Source: Escherichia coli
GTDB taxonomy: Bacteria > Pseudomonadota > Gammaproteobacteria > Enterobacterales > Enterobacteriaceae
NCBI GenBank assembly: GCA_002099625.1
Contig: GCA_002099625.1_4857.1
DNA: 64,000 bases
Reading direction: 5' to 3' (one strand)
Shown here: one piece after another, positions 29,320 through 37,837 of the stretch
Numbering within the stretch: the stretch's first letter is position 1
How the letters are laid out: each line of letters begins with the position of its first letter
The notes under the pieces: generated by a model
The model's database searches: none
Seen by the model: the letters and a program-made list of their open reading frames with translations, nothing else
Told to the model about the DNA's origin: nothing
Program-made: the position numbers and the translations under genes

Positions 29320-29687
29320 GGTTTGCTCCTACGGGCTTTAGATAATTCTTTCATTGCGTGGCGTAAATGGCGACTAAATTCAAGACGGCTATACGAGAAT
29401 GTCACCGGATAGTCCAGAATCACCGACAGTGATACCGTTCTGGCATCCACATCGACCAACAGACTGTTCGTACAGCAACCTGCAAACATCCCACCACCAA
29501 CCAACGGCCTCTTAAGCCTAATAGTTAGCGTGCCAAGCCATTCCCTGTCGCCGAGCAGCAACAAGGCCTCTGCCAGGTCTTCTTCAACTATCGCTAGACA
29601 GTATTCGTCATCTCGTACACGGAGGCGAATCTGCGGTTCTACGTTTGCGGTTTCTGGCATCATCTCAAATTTAAATTTATCGGTCAT
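29316..29687 (-). CDS. hypothetical protein
   Basis: 123-aa ORF, ATGA-coupled to the DHFR gene. Confidence 0.5.
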   Translation of the reverse strand: MTDKFKFEMMPETANVEPQIRLRVRDDEYCLAIVEEDLAEALLLLGDREWLGTLTIRLKRPLVGGGMFAGCCTNSLLVDVDARTVSLSVILDYPVTFSYSRLEFSRHLRHAMKELSKARRSKP

Positions 29688-29693
29688 CTCACA

Positions 29694-29727
29694 ATCCCAA
29701 AAAAGAAGGTGGCTTGTTAGGCCACCT
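29694..29727 (-). terminator. intrinsic terminator downstream of 29735..30280
   Basis: Hairpin AAGGTGGC-ttgttag-GCCACCTT (29705-29727) followed on the minus strand by CTTTTTTGG. Confidence 0.55.
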
Positions 29728-29734
29728 TATTAAA

Positions 29735-30280
29735 TCATTGAACCATACGCTGCGCGTCGTAAGACGGTGCGAGGTTCACAACACGACCATGTAGAGTTTG
29801 CTCTGCTTCGTCTAACAGGTCATCGCGTACGAGCGTCTGGCGAATGTAAAGCGTTGCCCGTATCCCCTCAGCGCTGTAAGGCGCGGTGACCATTTTGGTC
29901 TGGTAACCTTCAATCGTCACCGGAACACGCTCGCCATTACGACGAACAAAATGCTCCAGCTTACCGTAATCGTGACTGCAGACTTTAGACATGTCAGACA
30001 ATCCCGCATCGATTAAGTATTTCCAAAGACTGACGATGCCTTCTGAGCAATGTTTGTTAAGTTCACCTTCGACGACAAACTCGTACCCACCGTACGTTAG
30101 AATGTGCGTGCCTGCTGAACGACGGTCACATTCTAAAATGAACACGCCCAGACCAATCATAACCGGACGTGGGATTGTCATGACACTGGTACTAAATTGC
30201 AGCGTAGTAACCTCATCCCAAAGGGGCGATGATTTGTCGTTGCTTACACTAATAACATCTTTGAGATTGACACGTTTCAT
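29735..30280 (-). CDS. hypothetical protein
   Basis: 181-aa ORF on coding strand. Confidence 0.5.
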   Translation of the reverse strand: MKRVNLKDVISVSNDKSSPLWDEVTTLQFSTSVMTIPRPVMIGLGVFILECDRRSAGTHILTYGGYEFVVEGELNKHCSEGIVSLWKYLIDAGLSDMSKVCSHDYGKLEHFVRRNGERVPVTIEGYQTKMVTAPYSAEGIRATLYIRQTLVRDDLLDEAEQTLHGRVVNLAPSYDAQRMVQ

Positions 30281-30338
30281 TATAAATACTCCTTACGATT
30301 AATGGTCGATTACATACGGTTTCAGGCTAACGTAATAT

Positions 30339-31100
30339 TTACGCTGCTGGTTCTTCAGCGGTTTTCACTTCAACTGGTTTCATCAACGAGTTCGCACAGT
30401 CGAAGATAGCATCCAGGAAACCACGGAACGGCTTCATGGCTTCACGCTGGGCGTTCTGACGTTCTTCTTCAATTGCTTCTTCTTGCGCCTGAATTTCTTC
30501 AGCAGTCAGCTCTGGGTGTTCCGTCATGCTTTCTGCCAGGGTCATCACTTTCGGCTGCGCATTCAGAATCGGAATACGGCGGATGACCTTGGTGATATTC
30601 CCGAGCTTCATGCCACCCAGCATGGTATCGAACAGCGTACCGAAATCTTGCAGTGGGTCTTCGCTGATTTCCAGTACCGCCGGAGTCGCAACCAGACCAA
30701 AGGCAATGACCAATTCAACGGCAGTGTCAGTGACGTGCGCAGCGAACGGGGTGTCTTCCATCTGCAGGTAATTGTTGCCATTATAGGTCACCGGAATGAA
30801 TTTGATTTCTTCCCCTTTCTTCAGTCGCAGTGTATCGACTGCGGCTTTGTACTGAACTTCGTACAGTTCCGGTTTAACACCGTCAACGTTATCCAGTGTA
30901 AAGAGCAGGTCACCAACCGCCATACGGCGCGGCAGTTTGCGTTTGTTGATTTCGCGCAGCCAGACTTGTAAGCCGGTGAATTGAATTGGGGACAGTCTAA
31001 TTTTAAAGCCGTTGGTTGCTTGCAGGATAGCACCGTCGTCTTCGCTACGTTCGATAGAGCCATTAGCCAGAGTAAGCAGATTGATAGTTTTCATTTTCAT
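30339..31100 (-). CDS. hypothetical protein
   Basis: 253-aa ORF; first gene downstream of the second copy of the 24-bp promoter motif. Confidence 0.5.
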   Translation of the reverse strand: MKMKTINLLTLANGSIERSEDDGAILQATNGFKIRLSPIQFTGLQVWLREINKRKLPRRMAVGDLLFTLDNVDGVKPELYEVQYKAAVDTLRLKKGEEIKFIPVTYNGNNYLQMEDTPFAAHVTDTAVELVIAFGLVATPAVLEISEDPLQDFGTLFDTMLGGMKLGNITKVIRRIPILNAQPKVMTLAESMTEHPELTAEEIQAQEEAIEEERQNAQREAMKPFRGFLDAIFDCANSLMKPVEVKTAEEPAA

Positions 31101-31145
31101 ATTCCTTAAGTAATGGTCAGTTAGTAAAGCAAATCATTGTTTGCT

Positions 31146-31169
31146 CACCTAGGTAATATATATCTGAAA
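31146..31169 (-). promoter_or_regulatory. conserved element CACCTAGGTAATATATATCTGAAA (copy 2 of 2), putative phage promoter
   Basis: 24/24 identity with 22641-22664; lies between the terminator 31187-31227 and the ATG at 31100, about 45 nt upstream. Confidence 0.5.
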
Positions 31170-31186
31170 ATTATTGTAATCGGAGA

Positions 31187-31227
31187 CAAAAAAAGAAGAG
31201 GTAAATCCCCCACCGAAGTGGGGGATT
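31187..31227 (-). terminator. intrinsic terminator downstream of tandem paralogue A
   Basis: Hairpin AATCCCCC-accgaagt-GGGGGATT (31204-31227) followed on the minus strand by TACCTCTTCTTTTTTTGTC. Confidence 0.65.
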
Positions 31228-31238
31228 CGCCAGTCTAA

Positions 31239-32498
31239 TTACTTAGACTTTTCATACGCACCGATACCAGCGCTGATGTAGCCGTTAACGCCGGCGATCA
31301 GGTTTTTCTGGCCAGTTGCAACGCAACGTTCGGTCCAGGAGATGTACTGGTTCGCAACGGTGATTGCACGACGCGCAACACGGACGTTGGAAGTCAGTTC
31401 AGCATTGTCATCGATCTTCACGCCGTCGATACGTTTCAGCAGCGCCTCAATAGCCCGCTCGTACGATTCTTGAGCCTGGTTATTTTTGTGGTACGCTTTC
31501 ACGTTCTCTTCGACTGCTTTACCCAGCTGGTTGAAGAACGCAACCAGAGAAGACAGCGTCTGAGCAGACGGAGTAGAAACAGATTTTTCTACGCTGCCTT
31601 CAGCATCGATAACGGTGAAGGAAGCTTCCAGGTCATCCCCGTTCACTTTCACGTCAGCTTTACCGATCTGGTTACCCAGCAGTTGAACTTCGCCCGCTTT
31701 GCCTGCAGTGGCTTTGTTAACCGCTGCTGCGAAGCCGCTGTTCAGTTTGCCGCCTTCAACTGCGCTGACCATGCTGGTTGCAGCTTTGACCACTGCATCC
31801 TGCTCGCCGTAGATGCTGCCGATAGTAGACAGAACACCTTTCAGTGCATTGATGTCGTCACCAACAAACTTACCACCGGTGGTCAGGTTCTTAATGAACC
31901 CACCGCTAATGGTGTCTTTCTTCTGCTTGCCCAGGCCACGCAGAGCCGCGTCATATTTCTTAGCGCGCGCCTGAATGGATTTACCCTGGTTGCTGAACTT
32001 GAGCCAGCGATCTTTGATTTTACGGCCTTGTTCTTTCAGCCAGTCGAAGATACGCTGCAGGAACGCTTTGATGTCGTCCCACAGTGATTCGCGAGCAACC
32101 TGACGGCGTTTACGTGCGCCGTAAGATTCCTGCGCAACGCTTACGCGGTGATCAAATGCCCAACGTTTACGGATAGATTCCTGCGCAACGTCCAGCTGCT
32201 CAGCAGCTTCGTCAGGCATATCTTCTTCCACTTCCATTGGCTCTTCGCCATCTTCGCCTTCACCGTCAGCGGCGGCTTCAGCAGCATCAACTGCATCCAG
32301 CTGTGCATCAGTTTCGTCACCGTCTTCTGCCAGCACGTCTGCTTCTGCGTCCAGCTGGTCGATCGGTTTGGTGTCATGCTCGATGTCAGCCAGAGTACCT
32401 TCCACGGACTCAGCCGGCAGCTCGATACCATCTGGAACGACAGTGCCTGCGCCTTCGACAGATTCACGAGCGAGTTTACTTTTTACAAAGTTTGCCAT
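31239..32498 (-). CDS. abundant alpha-helical Ala/Lys-rich protein, tandem paralogue A (419 aa); candidate internal head or scaffold-like virion protein
   Basis: Strong codon bias; N-terminal 15 aa (MANFVKSKLARESVE) and C-terminal AGIGAYEKSK identical to the neighbouring gene; acidic N-terminal ~105 aa ending VAQE then basic SIRKRWA. Confidence 0.6.
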   Translation of the reverse strand: MANFVKSKLARESVEGAGTVVPDGIELPAESVEGTLADIEHDTKPIDQLDAEADVLAEDGDETDAQLDAVDAAEAAADGEGEDGEEPMEVEEDMPDEAAEQLDVAQESIRKRWAFDHRVSVAQESYGARKRRQVARESLWDDIKAFLQRIFDWLKEQGRKIKDRWLKFSNQGKSIQARAKKYDAALRGLGKQKKDTISGGFIKNLTTGGKFVGDDINALKGVLSTIGSIYGEQDAVVKAATSMVSAVEGGKLNSGFAAAVNKATAGKAGEVQLLGNQIGKADVKVNGDDLEASFTVIDAEGSVEKSVSTPSAQTLSSLVAFFNQLGKAVEENVKAYHKNNQAQESYERAIEALLKRIDGVKIDDNAELTSNVRVARRAITVANQYISWTERCVATGQKNLIAGVNGYISAGIGAYEKSK

Positions 32499-32575
32499 CT
32501 TTTTCTATCCTCTAGGCGGTACGCCGTGTACCGCCATTAATGATTTGTCAACTGACGTTCAGTACGTAAAGCGGA

Positions 32576-33853
32576 TTAAGCTTTAGACTTTTCGTACGCG
32601 CCAATACCAGCACCGATGTAGCCGTTCAGGCCGCTGATAACAGTGTTACCAACGTGAGCCACAGCACGGTTCAGAGTCTGGTAGTTACGCACAGCCTGGT
32701 CAGCCGCAGTGCGTGCATTACGCAGCGCTTCCCACTCGCCTTCGTCGTTGGATTTTTTCAGAGCGGCAGCAGCTTTGGCAGCAGCCTCTTCCAGTTTCTC
32801 AACGTCAGCGTCGTAGCTGCGGAAGTCTTGCAGGACTTTCTCGAAGCCTTTACCGATAACGTCCAGGGCAGACGCAGCAGATGCCAGTGCAGAAATAGCC
32901 GGAGTAGCGATTTCTTTCGTTTCAGAAACGTCACCCGTCGACAGGAAGGCCACTGCGGTGAATTCCTGACCGCCTGCCAGAGTTTTGCTGCCGGTCTGTA
33001 CATAGGCGTTGCCTGGCAGTGCCAGAACTTTCTGACCGCCTTCGCCGTCTTCGAATTGCGGCAGTGCGCGCAGTTTCTTCGCAGCGGTACCAAACAGGGC
33101 AACGTCAACAGCGCCTTTAGCAGCGGTTGCGGTACCGTCTGAAGTTTTGGTGATCGCTACAGCAGAGTCAGCCGCCTGAGAGGACAGCTTGTTGATGGCA
33201 TCTTTCGCTTTACCGCCGGTCAGCTCTTTCGCGATAGCGATAGAGTTGGCCACATCGAATTCACCTTCGATAGACAGTTTGCTAATAAAGCCACCAGAAA
33301 TGTTTTCTTTCTTCTGTTTGCCGAGCTTACGCAGCATCTCCTGGTAAGCTTTCGCACGTTTCTGCGCGGACTTACCAACGTTGATGTACTTCAGTTTCAG
33401 CTCTTTCGCTTTCGCGATAACTGCTTTACACAGTTCAACGAAGCGTTCGAACAGATCTTTCAGGGTTTCTTTCCAGCCTTCCTGAGCTGCTTTGGTCATG
33501 CCACGGCCGCGACGATAAGATTCGCGTGCCAGTTTGGTACGATCGATAGCCCAACGCTTACGGATAGATTCCTGCGCCACTTCGGTGTGAGCGATGGCTT
33601 CTTCAGGCATCTCTTCACCGTTTTCGATTTTTTCGTCAGCAGCGTCGATAGCAGCTTCGGTACGCTCGGTATCAGCAGCCAGGGTTTCCTGGTCACCATC
33701 GAGCTGTTCCAGCTGACCGTCGATAGACGCAACTTCTGCCAGCTGAACGTCGATGTTCTCTTCTGCCGGTTCAACGTTGCTCAGACCGTCGATTACGTCG
33801 CCGGTAGCTTCAACGGACTCGCGGGCGAGTTTACTTTTTACAAAGTTTGCCAT
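32576..33853 (-). CDS. abundant alpha-helical Ala/Lys-rich protein, tandem paralogue B (425 aa)
   Basis: Same N- and C-terminal peptides as paralogue A; shared internal blocks AQESIRKRWA, LGKQKK-x-x-ISGGFI, GLNGYI-x-AGIGAYEKSK; codon-biased. Confidence 0.6.
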   Translation of the reverse strand: MANFVKSKLARESVEATGDVIDGLSNVEPAEENIDVQLAEVASIDGQLEQLDGDQETLAADTERTEAAIDAADEKIENGEEMPEEAIAHTEVAQESIRKRWAIDRTKLARESYRRGRGMTKAAQEGWKETLKDLFERFVELCKAVIAKAKELKLKYINVGKSAQKRAKAYQEMLRKLGKQKKENISGGFISKLSIEGEFDVANSIAIAKELTGGKAKDAINKLSSQAADSAVAITKTSDGTATAAKGAVDVALFGTAAKKLRALPQFEDGEGGQKVLALPGNAYVQTGSKTLAGGQEFTAVAFLSTGDVSETKEIATPAISALASAASALDVIGKGFEKVLQDFRSYDADVEKLEEAAAKAAAALKKSNDEGEWEALRNARTAADQAVRNYQTLNRAVAHVGNTVISGLNGYIGAGIGAYEKSKA

Positions 33854-33886
33854 TTGTTTCGGTTCCTTTGGTTATAACCCAATTAC

Positions 33887-33920
33887 ACGCCCCTAGATAA
33901 GGGGCCCCCTTAGGGACGTG
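33887..33920. promoter_or_regulatory. nested dyad symmetry (CACGCCCCTA ... TAGGGACGTG enclosing TAAGGGG-c-CCCCTTA) between 33910..34467 and paralogue B
   Basis: Read directly; overlaps the stop codon of the upstream gene and lies about 35 nt upstream of the paralogue B start; no U-tract on the minus strand. Confidence 0.35.
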
Positions 33921-34467
33921 CGATTTTTAAAAACACTGCTAACGACGAGATCATATCGGATAACCCGTTCGGACGTGTCAACCAACGTGCCAGCAGTTCG
34001 TGGTCTGCATAAGATAATAGACGCCGGTCAGGCGTGTACGTCTGATGCGCAGTTCCCATACGGCGAACTTGCCCACTACGACCGTAAGCCGCAGCAAGAA
34101 GTCGTGAGCCCAGAGAACCAGTTCGCTCTACTTGCTTAGTAGAGTGGATATCGTTCATGTACGATACCAGAAGAACGGACCACTGTCCTGTTGACACTGT
34201 ACGGCGTTTACCGTCAAGTATGAACGATGCAGTTTCGTTATAGAACGTATTAAACGTAAAACCGACCTGCGGATATTCGTCATATAATACTTGTTGGACA
34301 GAGTCAGCGCCCATCATGCGGAAATACGGCAACACAACGGCTGCAGCTTCCAGGGTTTCATGTATCAGTTCGTCGTCATGAACCAGCACGGGGTTTTGGG
34401 TCAGTTTCGCCATGTAGTTTTTAATCAACTTCTCGGCGAGGTTAAAATTCTGGTCATTGTCAAACAT
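33910..34467 (-). CDS. hypothetical protein
   Basis: 185-aa ORF on coding strand. Confidence 0.5.
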   Translation of the reverse strand: MFDNDQNFNLAEKLIKNYMAKLTQNPVLVHDDELIHETLEAAAVVLPYFRMMGADSVQQVLYDEYPQVGFTFNTFYNETASFILDGKRRTVSTGQWSVLLVSYMNDIHSTKQVERTGSLGSRLLAAAYGRSGQVRRMGTAHQTYTPDRRLLSYADHELLARWLTRPNGLSDMISSLAVFLKIARP

Positions 34468-34490
34468 GAGACTCTCCTGATAATACGGTC

Positions 34491-35423
34491 TTAGACCAGA
34501 CCGTATTTTTTCTCCAGACGTTCACGTTTGTACTTGAGTTCCATCAAACGCTTTTCGTGCGCTTCGATGAGTTTCTCAATGTGCACGTCCCCTTCACCGG
34601 CAGCCAGTTGTTTCTTGTACAACAGAATACGCAGCTCAGTCGCTTTCGCGGCTTCCACGCACTCGTCGTAACGATCCATTTGCCATTCTGCAATGTTCAG
34701 ACGCACGCGGTAAATAATCGACAGCGGGAACGGAACGGAGGACATACCCAGTGGGTCAGTGGTGTTCGAACCGAACTGCTGAACCAATTGGCTATATGTC
34801 TCTTCGTCAAACACCGCTTCAGGTATCTCAGCGTAGTCTGCTTTCAGTTTGGTAATGGGGGTTGCCAGGACGCGCACCGCAATACAGAAAGACGTCTTAC
34901 GAGTTTGCAGATACTGAAGGTCTTTCGGACCGATTCCCTTCACTGCAATGTTCGAGTCTTGTACAGCGGCAATCTCTTCGGCCGTGATGTAGTTAATCAG
35001 GGTGCTAGCGTAACCGACGAAGAATTCGATCATATCCAGCAACTGCAACACGGTTTGTTTGTTGAACGTTAGAGATGATGTCACTAACGTCTTCCCGATG
35101 TCGCGGTCGATACACTGCTCCAGGAAAGGTCGCAGCGCCTGTACGTTCTGCATAGACGCGATGACGTACTCCAGCATACTTGCGTTACGTAACCCTTTAA
35201 CTTCCAAACCGGAGCTATGCAGGTACTTAACGATTTCAGTAGAAAGGTCAGCAACAGGCTTCGCTTTAAATGGCTTACCCTGGATACTTCCTACCAGTTC
35301 CTGGAGGTTCTGGAACTGTGGCTCTAACGCAGCAATCGAGTCGCAGTTAGATGACAGTTGGTTTTTTAAGTTCGTGGCTTCGAAGCTCGGCAGCAACATC
35401 GCCAACATATTCGGAATCGGCAT
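34491..35423 (-). CDS. hypothetical protein
   Basis: Track ORF starts at 35468 and overlaps the upstream gene by 35 nt; the ATG at 35423 (MPIPNMLAML...) just after the upstream stop is the likelier start. Confidence 0.5.
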   Translation of the reverse strand: MPIPNMLAMLLPSFEATNLKNQLSSNCDSIAALEPQFQNLQELVGSIQGKPFKAKPVADLSTEIVKYLHSSGLEVKGLRNASMLEYVIASMQNVQALRPFLEQCIDRDIGKTLVTSSLTFNKQTVLQLLDMIEFFVGYASTLINYITAEEIAAVQDSNIAVKGIGPKDLQYLQTRKTSFCIAVRVLATPITKLKADYAEIPEAVFDEETYSQLVQQFGSNTTDPLGMSSVPFPLSIIYRVRLNIAEWQMDRYDECVEAAKATELRILLYKKQLAAGEGDVHIEKLIEAHEKRLMELKYKRERLEKKYGLV

Positions 35424-35433
35424 TCTTTTCCCC

Positions 35434-36552
35434 TTACAGTACCGGATTCGCGCCGACGCGATAGGCATCGATGATTTTGTTTACATCGCCGCTACCGGAC
35501 TTCGCCTTGCTAAAGTCTGATTTGTCGAGTTCTTGAGACCCGGTCTGACCACGCGTATAAATGGTTACACGGTTCCAGGTCTGGTCGACAACCACGTAGT
35601 AAACAGTCAGGGTGTCTTTGAACACACGCTGGCGGATATTGTAATCATCGAAGTCACCGCCCAGCTGAGCAGTCAGATCGTCGATAGTTTCTTGAGAAAC
35701 CACCATAACCGAAGACGCGTTGTTGATGGATGGGCTCAGCGTCAGCAGGCCAGACAGCCAGTTGGCGTTTTTCTTTTCCATCATCTTACGGTAATAACCG
35801 GACTTATCACGGAAGCGGTTCTTACGGTATTCTTCAATGAGGTCATTACACAGCGCGATATCTTTCGCGTAGCTGAGAGAACCGACCTTCGCACGCAGCA
35901 CACGTTCCCAGAAGGTTTTGGTTTGATCGCTGAACGCAATGAGCGTTTTCATTTCGTCGGTCGGCAGAGACTTCACATCAAGACGCAGACGCATCGGCAG
36001 CTCGACTTTATTACCGTCACGTTCGAAGGTAACAGAGAACACTTTACCGTTGGACAGACCTTCTTGATCATGCAGGAGCTTCAGCGTGTTGTTCGGCAGC
36101 ACAGAACCTGCGGACGATTCAGTCGCTACTTTGTTATCGGATTTCTGGCGACGGGATTCACCGACCGCAAGCCCGATTTTATCGTATGACGGCAGCGCGT
36201 GACGGGAGGACTCGCCGATTGCGAAAGACGCTAAGCGAGAACCCGAACGTGCAGCCGCGTCGAGGGCATTACGACGGGTGCTAACCTGGTCAAGCGTACC
36301 AAGGATATCAACCTCAGGAACACCTACCAGAATTGAGATGGCGGTAAGTTGGTTGCCCGCGAGCAGGATTTGGATTTTCTCCAGAATACCTGGCAGGTAA
36401 TCTAAGCCCAACAGACTTTGTTCAACCAGCGTGGTGTGCTCGTTGTACAGCACAGAGTTGAATTCTTCCGTCGATTCCGCCCGCTGGCGAAGCAGCATGG
36501 GAAACTTAGAAAGAAAGGAGACGAGCGATGTCTCAAATGTTTTTTCTGCCAT
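35434..36552 (-). CDS. hypothetical protein (372 aa)
   Basis: ATG at 36552 with GGAG on the minus strand inside the palindrome CTCCGGAG shared with the divergent plus-strand gene. Confidence 0.55.
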   Translation of the reverse strand: MAEKTFETSLVSFLSKFPMLLRQRAESTEEFNSVLYNEHTTLVEQSLLGLDYLPGILEKIQILLAGNQLTAISILVGVPEVDILGTLDQVSTRRNALDAAARSGSRLASFAIGESSRHALPSYDKIGLAVGESRRQKSDNKVATESSAGSVLPNNTLKLLHDQEGLSNGKVFSVTFERDGNKVELPMRLRLDVKSLPTDEMKTLIAFSDQTKTFWERVLRAKVGSLSYAKDIALCNDLIEEYRKNRFRDKSGYYRKMMEKKNANWLSGLLTLSPSINNASSVMVVSQETIDDLTAQLGGDFDDYNIRQRVFKDTLTVYYVVVDQTWNRVTIYTRGQTGSQELDKSDFSKAKSGSGDVNKIIDAYRVGANPVL

Positions 36553-36574
36553 TTTTAACTAAACTCCGGAGTTA

Positions 36575-37837
36575 ATGATGAGTAACGAGACCGATAAGAA
36601 CGATCCGGGGTATGACCCGAATACCGACTACGACAATTCGTATCAAAACCCGAATAATATCGATGCAGTACCATCGGTCGCCGACTACTTTGACCGTCGA
36701 CTGTCCGATGCGAAACCCACCACGGCGTACAACGTTAATGATGAGTTATCGGGTTGGAATGACCGTATCCGTCTTACGTTAGGTTTGGGTCTGGCTGCGC
36801 AGCGTGTGACCAACCCCTACATGGGGTTCAACCATATGATGGCGTCGAACCCGACGCCTGTTAACCGTGAGTACGGTGGCCTAACCTTCATTACCCGCCC
36901 TGACTTCAACTTGTGCTTTGACAACATTGCCAACTCGCGCAAGATGTCGAACATGGCTTCTCAGCCGAAATCGTCACTCGACTATTCCATTCTGGCAGCG
37001 TTAGACCCAGATTTTGAATTGGGGTTCTCTGATTCACCGATGGAAGATGGACGAAGAAAGAACCGTTTGGGCACGCCATTCATGAAGGACATTATGTTTG
37101 ACAATCTTCAGGCATTCATACCATTGCTGAGTACGCAGATGCTGAGCCTCTCGGGGATGCCTGACCAGTCTGTCGATAACTGGATGTCTGAAGAAGGTTT
37201 AATGCGCGAACAGTGGGGTATGGTTGACTCCACACATGAAATCAATAACCAGTACAGCATGTCAATGTCGCTGAACAACCCATACGGCAACCCTATCATG
37301 CGAATGATGGGCGTGTGGCTGGAATATATGTCCGGCATTAAGATGGGTAAGTTCAAACCGAAGATGCGTAATTCCATCCAACGTCGCATTGACTACCAGT
37401 CGAGGATGTACGGGTTTAAATACGACGCGCTCGGAAACATCACTCGTTTCTGGACAGCGTGTGTTTGTTGGCCAATGAACGATAACGCCGGTCAAATGGC
37501 GAATGTCGATAACACCAAGCCTCAATTAAATGACGACACCACAATTAACCTCAACTGGCAATGCATCGGGGCGCGCTTCGATGACCCATTGTACATGGAG
37601 ATGTTCAACTTGACGGTGTCTATGTTTAACCCGGATATGATGCCGCAACCAGGGAGCGTTGCAGCGGGCAACTTTATCCCGATTGCTGAAGACCAGCTTG
37701 TGCCGATTGCACCACAGCTACTACCGCTGTTCAACTACTACGGCTATCCGCACATCGACTCCCTGCGTCGTAAACTGACCTGGTATGTTTATCAGGCAGA
37801 TTACCAATTCATCCTTAAACGAGCGGGCTTACTGTAA
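36575..37837 (+). CDS. hypothetical protein (420 aa)
   Basis: ATG at 36575 with GGAG 10 nt upstream; only 22 bp separate it from the divergent minus-strand start. Confidence 0.55.
   Translation: MMSNETDKNDPGYDPNTDYDNSYQNPNNIDAVPSVADYFDRRLSDAKPTTAYNVNDELSGWNDRIRLTLGLGLAAQRVTNPYMGFNHMMASNPTPVNREYGGLTFITRPDFNLCFDNIANSRKMSNMASQPKSSLDYSILAALDPDFELGFSDSPMEDGRRKNRLGTPFMKDIMFDNLQAFIPLLSTQMLSLSGMPDQSVDNWMSEEGLMREQWGMVDSTHEINNQYSMSMSLNNPYGNPIMRMMGVWLEYMSGIKMGKFKPKMRNSIQRRIDYQSRMYGFKYDALGNITRFWTACVCWPMNDNAGQMANVDNTKPQLNDDTTINLNWQCIGARFDDPLYMEMFNLTVSMFNPDMMPQPGSVAAGNFIPIAEDQLVPIAPQLLPLFNYYGYPHIDSLRRKLTWYVYQADYQFILKRAGLL

Noticed and set aside
31470-36189. Plus-strand ORFs 31470..32087, 32654..33142 and 35533..36189
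   Set aside because: All lie antisense to codon-biased or well-supported minus-strand genes and lack RBS and packing context; the same applies to 49972..50679, 60877..61299 and 39766..40359.
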